From Auanema rhodensis (Eukaryota; Animalia; Nematoda): 64,000 nt of DNA. Position 1 is the first letter of the stretch. The number at the start of each line of letters is the position of its first letter. The translations under genes and the position numbers were made by a program. Shown here in pieces: positions 1 through 9,378 of this stretch. Under the pieces are notes generated by a model. That model searched no databases and was not told the DNA's origin. It saw only the letters and a program-made list of their open reading frames with translations. The stretch covers positions 11,470,001-11,534,000 of the forward strand of contig OZ059894.1 in the NCBI GenBank assembly GCA_964057225.1, in the 5' to 3' direction.

Positions 1-1026
1 TCCTTGGTCAAATTTCTTCCAGTGCGAGTATCGAAGTCCATCAGCTCCTGGAGCCGTATCGCTGCAACGTCGTATGCGTTCCCAGACTTCCAAAGGGGTG
101 AAAACACCTTCTAATGGGTCGGTACTAGCTGGCAAATCCGGTCTGGTGACTGTGATGGGGAGGGCTGGGCCTTGACTGCTGTGAACAGAAAGGAAATGTT
201 TTTCAACCTCTGCAGATGGTATGGTGCAGGTTTCACTTTGTTCTCCGAGCAGTTGTCGAAAGGCTTTCTTCTTGTTGGCCCTCCAGAGCTTCTGGAGCTT
301 CATCGCCTGGGTTTTTTGGTCTTCCTCAGGTTGTGTGTGTGGTCGGCGCCTTTGTCGGAAGTTGGGAACTTTGATCATAATGTCAAGAGACTTTCTGATT
401 GCGTCTACCAACTCTTCCAGGACCTGCTCGAGCTCACTTTTGCACACAACCTTTTTAATTCTATCCACCCAAGTATTTTCAGAGTTTCTATTCGGATCAG
501 GGTCGGCAAAAAATGGTTCTGTACTCGAAACCCTGATCTCGTTGAATATTTCACTCTCTCGCGGAAGGGGGGAAACTTCGGCCTCTGGGGACAAGTCCAG
601 AATTGGGGCCTCAAACAAGCGTACCGTTGATGGAGATCCTTGTTCCTGTCCACTGGATGATGTTTCCTCCATTGTACGCTCCTCCACGGGCGGGGTGGTC
701 GTCCTTGTGCCTGGTGGCCGGGTGTTCCTGATCCTCCGCAATATAGGGCGGGAACTGGGCTCTCTCGGAGATAGAGGTGAGATCACCACAGTTTCCTCTA
801 TGATGCGGAGGCATCCTTCAGCTTTTTTCTGATGGCTTTTAACGGCCTTCAGATTGCTGGTGAGGCCACAGGCACGGCACTCAAATTCTACTCCGACCTC
901 ATGTTCTCTCCGAAGATGGCGGACGAGACCATTGTGGTCTGAGTAGGATCGCGGAATAGGAGCGCAGATTGAACAAGAAAAAGGGCTCTGAAGAGGCACC
1001 TTTAGCTTGTAAAGCCCTTGCTCCAT
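1..1026 (-). CDS. Partial retrotransposon ORF (N-terminal zinc fingers to start of RT)
   Basis: ATG at 1026; same sequence as the N-terminus of ORF 46910-50188; runs off the window. Confidence 0.9.
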   Translation of the reverse strand, partial: MEQGLYKLKVPLQSPFSCSICAPIPRSYSDHNGLVRHLRREHEVGVEFECRACGLTSNLKAVKSHQKKAEGCLRIIEETVVISPLSPREPSSRPILRRIRNTRPPGTRTTTPPVEERTMEETSSSGQEQGSPSTVRLFEAPILDLSPEAEVSPLPRESEIFNEIRVSSTEPFFADPDPNRNSENTWVDRIKKVVCKSELEQVLEELVDAIRKSLDIMIKVPNFRQRRRPHTQPEEDQKTQAMKLQKLWRANKKKAFRQLLGEQSETCTIPSAEVEKHFLSVHSSQGPALPITVTRPDLPASTDPLEGVFTPLEVWERIRRCSDTAPGADGLRYSHWKKFDQG

Positions 1027-1078
1027 CTCTAGCAGATCTAAAGACTTACGTAGTACAGTTGCAATATCGATTTAGCCA
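1..1078 (-). mobile_element. Utopia-type non-LTR retrotransposon, 5' part (cut by window edge), variant beta
   Basis: Nearly identical to 49163-50240; flanked by U2 nt 39-96 at 1079-1136. Confidence 0.93.
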
Positions 1079-1136
1079 TTAACCTTATTGTGAACCAATG
1101 GAACACATATCGAAGGTTAATTCGATAAGAACGATT
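1079..1136 (-). pseudogene. U2 snRNA fragment nt 39-96 between stacked elements
   Basis: 58 bp identical to U2 nt 39-96. Confidence 0.9.
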
Positions 1137-1924
1137 TATTGAAGTAGATAATGTTTGTCCCGGAGGACTACAATATTAAAATAATTACTGAAGCCCGAAG
1201 GCAGCGAGAAATAGTAAGGATACTACCTGCACTGAGTGCGTCGTATCATAAAAAAAGAGATAGCTAATGGGCAAGTTGAAGAGCTTGAAATTAACAATGA
1301 CGTCACTAGAAGTAAAGTTTTCTATCTGCAGCTGCGGGTAAAGAGGGTCAGCGTAAGCAGAATTCAATTCTACCAACAATTAGTGGGAACATTGAGAGAA
1401 CAGATGAAGGAGGAAATTGTAACTTCAAGTAAAATAGATTATATCTTCAGCTGCGGGTAAAGAGAGTCAGCTTTGTACAGATTACTAGTTTACATAAGAA
1501 GTGGTAACATTTCAAAAAAGGAGCACAACATAAAAAACGAGACTACGGACTATGAGGTAAATGTTATCATTGTCTGGATCGATGATTCGGCATTTGATTG
1601 CAGCTGCGGATTGAGTGGATCAGCTTGCATGGCGTCCGCATTCGACATCAGGGAAAATGATGAGTTTCTTGAGGTCCGGCTCGGCGGGCTGTTATGTCCT
1701 ATTCCCTGTTGATGGTGTTGTTGTCCTTGAGCTTGTTCTTCTTCCCAGAAAAAAAAAAACTGTGAAGCTGAAGAGTCCTATTAAACGTCTTTAAACGCAA
1801 GATTAATAAGAAGCTACTACAGCTAACACAGGACCGCCTCAAGGCCTGGTAGATCAACCAGTGTTGCTTCAATCACCAAGTATTGCGGCCTGGGCCCTTG
1901 GATCAATTCACAACACCAGTATAG
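1137..1924 (-). mobile_element. Non-autonomous U2-targeted retroelement A (788 bp, SINE-like)
   Basis: Same U2 insertion site as Utopia; ends in TTCAATAA; no RT ORF; shares 5' and 3' blocks with 34392-35256. Confidence 0.85.
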
Positions 1925-2003
1925 CAATGGAACACATATCGAAGGTTAATTCGATAAGAACGATTACTACACTTTGATCTTAGCCAAAAGGCCGAGAAGC
2001 GAT
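1925..2003 (-). pseudogene. Interrupted U2 snRNA, nt 1-79
   Basis: U2 match stops at nt 79 and continues into element A. Confidence 0.9.
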
Positions 2004-2034
2004 ACAGCATAGCCATGAGTATCAAAGACATCAA

Positions 2035-2072
2035 GCAAATGTATCGTACTTGTTACGAGTGCACTCTCTCAT
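2035..2072 (-). promoter_or_regulatory. Candidate U2 proximal sequence element (same position in all units)
   Basis: Position only (about -32 to -69 from U2 +1); includes imperfect palindrome TCGTAACAAGTACGA; no consensus matched. Confidence 0.3.
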
Positions 2073-2445
2073 TTGAATATAAAAGTGTGGTTTGACAATC
2101 TTGACTGTACAGGTCATAAATGGCTCATATAAACTGTGGATTTACTCAACTTTTGGACTTATTTTTTTCTTATTCGAAGCGCTGCACTTTTTTCTATTCT
2201 TTTTATTCAAATACTTGTATATAGTTTTATATGTACGGTTGCAAAGTTTCCGAATATTTTATATATTTTTATACAATAATTAGGAGAAGGTTAATACAAT
2301 GAAATCTCCCAACTTTACAGTGTTTGTATTGCTTACAGTATCTAGAACAACCACTCTTGTAATATTAGAGCACATATCAATCAACAACTTTTTCTAGTTA
2401 TCAAAGCTTTTTTATTTCTTCAAGATATTTCAAATAAAATATAAA

Positions 2446-2564
2446 AGCTTACGACACCCGGGATTCCCAAGCCGTCTCCGATCCAAGTACTAACCGGGCC
2501 CAACGTTGCTTGACTTGCCAGATCGGACGGGATGGCGTACTTTCAACGTGGTATGGTCGTAAGC
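2446..2564 (-). rRNA. 5S rRNA
   Basis: 119 nt, GCTTACGACCATACC...AGTACTTGGATCGGAGAC...GTCGTAAGCT, running into a TTTT Pol III terminator; nematode-like. Confidence 0.97.
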
Positions 2565-2805
2565 AATGTTATATTCTTCATTATCAGTTATATCACTCTA
2601 AATCTTGTTGTTAATAGTTAGGACCACAAAGAAAACAACAGGAACAGTAACAAATGAAATGCCCAAACTTTACAGTGTTCGAGTTATTTACAGTATCTAA
2701 GACTACCTCTGTCGTGTTATTAGAGCAAACATTCGATTAACAACAACTTTTTTTTAGTTATCAAAGCTTTTTTATTTCTTCAAAAAATTTCAAATAAAAT
2801 ATAAA

Positions 2806-2924
2806 AGCTTACGACACCCGGGATTCCCAAGCCGTCTCCGATCCAAGTACTAACCGGGCCCAACGTTGCTTGACTTGCCAGATCGGACGGGATGGCGTAC
2901 TTTCAACGTGGTATGGTCGTAAGC
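2806..2924 (-). rRNA. 5S rRNA
   Basis: Identical to 2446-2564, within a 360-bp internal duplication. Confidence 0.97.
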
Positions 2925-3069
2925 AATGTCATATTCTTCATTATCAGTTATATCACTCTAAATCTTGTTGTTAATAGATACGACCACAAAGAAAACAACA
3001 GGAACAGTAACAATAACAAAAAAAATTTTTTTTTCACCTATGTGTCTAAAGGTTAGCCATGTATCCGTT

Positions 3070-3096
3070 TATATATATATATATATATATATATAT
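3070..3096. repeat. (TA)n microsatellite, one per unit, variable length
   Basis: About 10 to 54 repeats depending on the unit. Confidence 0.95.
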
Positions 3097-3911
3097 CAAC
3101 AGTAAAAAGTCCAATCAAGAGAGAAATTTTTTCAACACATAGTTGTTTTTTTTTTAAATATCATTGTTTTTCCTCATAACTCGGTTTAAACTCGTTCTAA
3201 CCCGTTGAAATACGTCTAGAAAGTCTTTATAACATGCATATGTATGATAGAACTTCATATTTATTGTAATAGAAAATTTTATTTTCAGACGTCTTGGTTA
3301 ACAATGATATGTTTTACCCCCTTATAATTTTTATCATAATGTTCCTTATACGGAACGCTCAATGAAACTTGCTTCCAGAAAAATTTCTTTCTATTTTTTC
3401 TTCATATGTACGTAGATACTATAGAGAACTATGATAGAAAACTTTAACATTCACGAAATCATCATTTCTCATTACGCTACGGAGGTTTAAAAAGCTGTGT
3501 TTTACCTTATAATAGACCGGAAAACCCTTGTGTTAAAACTGGACCGTTTTTACACATATAAAAATGTCCCGTATTCGGGACCCTAATGTAACTTTTGATT
3601 CCCTATATTTTTTTTCATGAAATTTACAATCTACTGTAGAAAGAAGAATTATTTTTATAAAAACTGTAAATTTTTGAAAAATGAAAACAAAACGAAAACA
3701 AAAACAACTTTTTTTTGAACATTTTCTCACACAAGGGTCCCCCCTTACCTACTTTTTTTCTCATTACTCGTTTCAACCTCATCCGATCACTCTGCAAACA
3801 TGTTTAATCGTTCTAACTTGTTGAAATACGTCTTAAAAGTCTAAACAACATGCATATGCATAATAGAAACCACCCGAATAGGCCCCACGCACTAAACGAG
3901 ATATATACATT

Positions 3912-4036
3912 ACCAGTATAGTAATAGAACACATATTGAAGATTAATTCGATAAGAACAATTTATTGACGTAGAGAATGTTTGTTCCGAAAAACTACAAT
4001 ATTAAACTATAAAAGTAACAAAAGCGTAGAGGCAGC
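3912..4036 (-). pseudogene. Decayed element/U2(39-79)/element junction, present in all 20 complete spacers
   Basis: 3922-3962 matches U2 nt 39-79 at 36/41; 3963-4006 matches the element A 3' end at 38/44; 3912-3921 equals the element A 5' end (ACCAGTATAG). Confidence 0.85.
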
Positions 4037-4279
4037 AAAGACATGAATAAACATAAATGTAAATACAGAATTACCAGGTAGTACATAAGTATGACAAAAA
4101 ATTATAAGAAAGCCATGAAAATAGAAGGTTTGTGAACAAATGAGAGGTACATCTTTGATCGTATAGTCATTTCTAAACCGTTCGTATGCTGCAGCATCGT
4201 CATAAGCGTCACTCAAGTTGAATTTCCATGTGTACTACACGATTTTCATTCTTATTGTTACATTCTTTCCCTGAGGGAA

Positions 4280-4463
4280 TGGGCCGTTCCCGCCAGCAGT
4301 GCAAGAGCGGGTCGACCCGTGAGGTGGAGCTAGCAAGCCAGCATCTACCTCAAGTCTCAAAAATCGGTTAACCTTATTGTGAACCAATGGAACACATATC
4401 GAAGGTTAATTCGATAAGAACGATTACTACACTTTGATCTTAGCCAAAAGGCCGAGAAGCGAT
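4280..4463 (-). ncRNA. U2 snRNA
   Basis: ATCGCTTCTCGGCCTTTTGGCTAAGATCAAAGTGTAGTA, stems IIa/IIb, Sm site ATTTTTG, loop IV TTGCACT. Confidence 0.96.
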
Positions 4464-4905
4464 ACAGCATAGCCATGAGTATCAAAGACATCAAGCAAAT
4501 GTATCGTACTTGTTACGAGTGCACTCTCTCATTTGAATATAAAAGTGTGGTTTGACAATCTTGACTGTACAGGTCATAAATGGCTCATATAAACTGTGGA
4601 TTTACTCAACTTTTGGACTTATTTTTTTCTTATTCGAAGCGCTGCACTTTTTTCTATTCTTTTTATTCAAATACTTGTATATAGTTTTATATGTACGGTT
4701 GCAAAGTTTCCGAATATTTTATATATTTTTATACAATAATTAGGAGAAGGTTAATACAATGAAATCTCCCAACTTTACAGTGTTTGTATTGCTTACAGTA
4801 TCTAGAACAACCACTCTTGTAATATTAGAGCACATATCAATCAACAACTTTTTCTAGTTATCAAAGCTTTTTTATTTCTTCAAGATATTTCAAATAAAAT
4901 ATAAA

Positions 4906-5024
4906 AGCTTACGACACCCGGGATTCCCAAGCCGTCTCCGATCCAAGTACTAACCGGGCCCAACGTTGCTTGACTTGCCAGATCGGACGGGATGGCGTAC
5001 TTTCAACGTGGTATGGTCGTAAGC
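4906..5024 (-). rRNA. 5S rRNA
   Basis: Identical copy. Confidence 0.96.
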
Positions 5025-5265
5025 AATGTTATATTCTTCATTATCAGTTATATCACTCTAAATCTTGTTGTTAATAGTTAGGACCACAAAGAAAACAACA
5101 GGAACAGTAACAAATGAAATGCCCAAACTTTACAGTGTTCGAGTTATTTACAGTATCTAAGACTACCTCTGTCGTGTTATTAGAGCAAACATTCGATTAA
5201 CAACAACTTTTTTTTAGTTATCAAAGCTTTTTTATTTCTTCAAAAAATTTCAAATAAAATATAAA

Positions 5266-5384
5266 AGCTTACGACACCCGGGATTCCCAAGCCGTCTCCG
5301 ATCCAAGTACTAACCGGGCCCAACGTTGCTTGACTTGCCAGATCGGACGGGATGGCGTACTTTCAACGTGGTATGGTCGTAAGC
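5266..5384 (-). rRNA. 5S rRNA
   Basis: Identical copy. Confidence 0.96.
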
Positions 5385-5526
5385 AATGTCATATTCTTCA
5401 TTATCAGTTATATCACTCTAAATCTTGTTGTTAATAGATACGACCACAAAGAAAACAACAGGAACAGTAACAATAACAAAAAAAATTTTTTTTTCACCTA
5501 TGTGTCTAAAGGTTAGCCATGTATCC

Positions 5527-5576
<50 letters not shown>

Positions 5577-6758
5577 ACAGTAAAAAGTCCAATCAAGAGA
5601 GAAATTTTTTCAACACATAGTTGTTTTTTTTTTAAATATCATTGTTTTTCCTCATAACTCGGTTTAAACTCGTTCTAACCCGTTGAAATACGTCTAGAAA
5701 GTCTTTATAACATGCATATGTATGATAGAACTTCATATTTATTGTAATAGAAAATTTTATTTTCAGACGTCTTGGTTAACAATGATATGTTTTACCCCCT
5801 TATAATTTTTATCATAATGTTCCTTATACGGAACGCTCAATGAAACTTGCTTCCAGAAAAATTTCTTTCTATTTTTTCTTCATATGTACGTAGATACTAT
5901 AGAGAACTATGATAGAAAACTTTAACATTCACGAAATCATCATTTCTCATTACGCTACGGAGGTTTAAAAAGCTGTGTTTTACCTTATAATAGACCGGAA
6001 AACCCTTGTGTTAAAACTGGACCGTTTTTACACATATAAAAATGTCCCGTATTCGGGACCCTAATGTAACTTTTGATTCCCTATATTTTTTTTCATGAAA
6101 TTTACAATCTACTGTAGAAAGAAGAATTATTTTTATAAAAACTGTAAATTTTTGAAAAATGAAAACAAAACGAAAACAAAAACAACTTTTTTTTGAACAT
6201 TTTCTCACACAAGGGTCCCCCCTTACCTACTTTTTTTCTCATTACTCGTTTCAACCTCATCCGATCACTCTGCAAACATGTTTAATCGTTCTAACTTGTT
6301 GAAATACGTCTTAAAAGTCTAAACAACATGCATATGCATAATAGAAACCACCCGAATAGGCCCCCACGCACTAAACGAGATATATACATTACCAGTATAG
6401 TAATAGAACACATATTGAAGATTAATTCGATAAGAACAATTTATTGACGTAGAGAATGTTTGTTCCGAAAAACTACAATATTAAACTATAAAAGTAACAA
6501 AAGCGTAGAGGCAGCAAAGACATGAATAAACATAAATGTAAATACAGAATTACCAGGTAGTACATAAGTATGACAAAAAATTATAAGAAAGCCATGAAAA
6601 TAGAAGGTTTGTGAACAAATGAGAGGTACATCTTTGATCGTATAGTCATTTCTAAACCGTTCGTATGCTGCAGCATCGTCATAAGCGTCACTCAAGTTGA
6701 ATTTCCATGTGTACTACACGATTTTCATTCTTATTGTTACATTCTTTCCCTGAGGGAA

Positions 6759-6942
6759 TGGGCCGTTCCCGCCAGCAGTGCAAGAGCGGGTCGACCCGTG
6801 AGGTGGAGCTAGCAAGCCAGCATCTACCTCAAGTCTCAAAAATCGGTTAACCTTATTGTGAACCAATGGAACACATATCGAAGGTTAATTCGATAAGAAC
6901 GATTACTACACTTTGATCTTAGCCAAAAGGCCGAGAAGCGAT
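6759..6942 (-). ncRNA. U2 snRNA
   Basis: Intact copy. Confidence 0.96.
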
Positions 6943-7384
6943 ACAGCATAGCCATGAGTATCAAAGACATCAAGCAAATGTATCGTACTTGTTACGAGTG
7001 CACTCTCTCATTTGAATATAAAAGTGTGGTTTGACAATCTTGACTGTACAGGTCATAAATGGCTCATATAAACTGTGGATTTACTCAACTTTTGGACTTA
7101 TTTTTTTCTTATTCGAAGCGCTGCACTTTTTTCTATTCTTTTTATTCAAATACTTGTATATAGTTTTATATGTACGGTTGCAAAGTTTCCGAATATTTTA
7201 TATATTTTTATACAATAATTAGGAGAAGGTTAATACAATGAAATCTCCCAACTTTACAGTGTTTGTATTGCTTACAGTATCTAGAACAACCACTCTTGTA
7301 ATATTAGAGCACATATCAATCAACAACTTTTTCTAGTTATCAAAGCTTTTTTATTTCTTCAAGATATTTCAAATAAAATATAAA

Positions 7385-7503
7385 AGCTTACGACACCCGG
7401 GATTCCCAAGCCGTCTCCGATCCAAGTACTAACCGGGCCCAACGTTGCTTGACTTGCCAGATCGGACGGGATGGCGTACTTTCAACGTGGTATGGTCGTA
7501 AGC
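7385..7503 (-). rRNA. 5S rRNA
   Basis: Identical copy. Confidence 0.96.
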
Positions 7504-7744
7504 AATGTTATATTCTTCATTATCAGTTATATCACTCTAAATCTTGTTGTTAATAGTTAGGACCACAAAGAAAACAACAGGAACAGTAACAAATGAAATG
7601 CCCAAACTTTACAGTGTTCGAGTTATTTACAGTATCTAAGACTACCTCTGTCGTGTTATTAGAGCAAACATTCGATTAACAACAACTTTTTTTTAGTTAT
7701 CAAAGCTTTTTTATTTCTTCAAAAAATTTCAAATAAAATATAAA

Positions 7745-7863
7745 AGCTTACGACACCCGGGATTCCCAAGCCGTCTCCGATCCAAGTACTAACCGGGCCC
7801 AACGTTGCTTGACTTGCCAGATCGGACGGGATGGCGTACTTTCAACGTGGTATGGTCGTAAGC
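7745..7863 (-). rRNA. 5S rRNA
   Basis: Identical copy. Confidence 0.96.
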
Positions 7864-8005
7864 AATGTCATATTCTTCATTATCAGTTATATCACTCTAA
7901 ATCTTGTTGTTAATAGATACGACCACAAAGAAAACAACAGGAACAGTAACAATAACAAAAAAAATTTTTTTTTCACCTATGTGTCTAAAGGTTAGCCATG
8001 TATCC

Positions 8006-8051
<46 letters not shown>

Positions 8052-9232
8052 ACAGTAAAAAGTCCAATCAAGAGAGAAATTTTTTCAACACATAGTTGTT
8101 TTTTTTTTAAATATCATTGTTTTTCCTCATAACTCGGTTTAAACTCGTTCTAACCCGTTGAAATACGTCTAGAAAGTCTTTATAACATGCATATGTATGA
8201 TAGAACTTCATATTTATTGTAATAGAAAATTTTATTTTCAGACGTCTTGGTTAACAATGATATGTTTTACCCCCTTATAATTTTTATCATAATGTTCCTT
8301 ATACGGAACGCTCAATGAAACTTGCTTCCAGAAAAATTTCTTTCTATTTTTTCTTCATATGTACGTAGATACTATAGAGAACTATGATAGAAAACTTTAA
8401 CATTCACGAAATCATCATTTCTCATTACGCTACGGAGGTTTAAAAAGCTGTGTTTTACCTTATAATAGACCGGAAAACCCTTGTGTTAAAACTGGACCGT
8501 TTTTACACATATAAAAATGTCCCGTATTCGGGACCCTAATGTAACTTTTGATTCCCTATATTTTTTTCATGAAATTTACAATCTACTGTAGAAAGAAGAA
8601 TTATTTTTATAAAAACTGTAAATTTTTGAAAAATGAAAACAAAACGAAAACAAAAACAACTTTTTTTTGAACATTTTCTCACACAAGGGTCCCCCCTTAC
8701 CTACTTTTTTTCTCATTACTCGTTTCAACCTCATCCGATCACTCTGCAAACATGTTTAATCGTTCTAACTTGTTGAAATACGTCTTAAAAGTCTAAACAA
8801 CATGCATATGCATAATAGAAACCACCCGAATAGGCCCCCACGCACTAAACGAGATATATACATTACCAGTATAGTAATAGAACACATATTGAAGATTAAT
8901 TCGATAAGAACAATTTATTGACGTAGAGAATGTTTGTTCCGAAAAACTACAATATTAAACTATAAAAGTAACAAAAGCGTAGAGGCAGCAAAGACATGAA
9001 TAAACATAAATGTAAATACAGAATTACCAGGTAGTACATAAGTATGACAAAAAATTATAAGAAAGCCATGAAAATAGAAGGTTTGTGAACAAATGAGAGG
9101 TACATCTTTGATCGTATAGTCATTTCTAAACCGTTCGTATGCTGCAGCATCGTCATAAGCGTCACTCAAGTTGAATTTCCATGTGTACTACACGATTTTC
9201 ATTCTTATTGTTACATTCTTTCCCTGAGGGAA

Positions 9233-9378
9233 TGGGCCGTTCCCGCCAGCAGTGCAAGAGCGGGTCGACCCGTGAGGTGGAGCTAGCAAGCCAGCATCTA
9301 CCTCAAGTCTCAAAAATCGGTTAACCTTATTGTGAACCAATGGAACACATATCGAAGGTTAATTCGATAAGAACGATT
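9233..9378 (-). pseudogene. Interrupted U2 snRNA, nt 39-184
   Basis: U2 3' part directly after the retrotransposon 3' end. Confidence 0.92.

Noticed and set aside
3805-3814. TAATCGTTCT on the + strand equals U2 nt 38-47 (inverted target core)
   Set aside because: 10-bp AT-rich match inside a spacer repeat, never occupied by an insertion; may be chance
2092-4216. Recurrent 63-, 65- and 69-aa ORFs (MTILTV, MRKCSK, MSDAYD) and YIYIYI ORFs in each unit
   Set aside because: Low-complexity AT-rich spacer or microsatellite translations with non-ATG starts; identity reflects array homogenisation, and one copy is frameshifted near 8560
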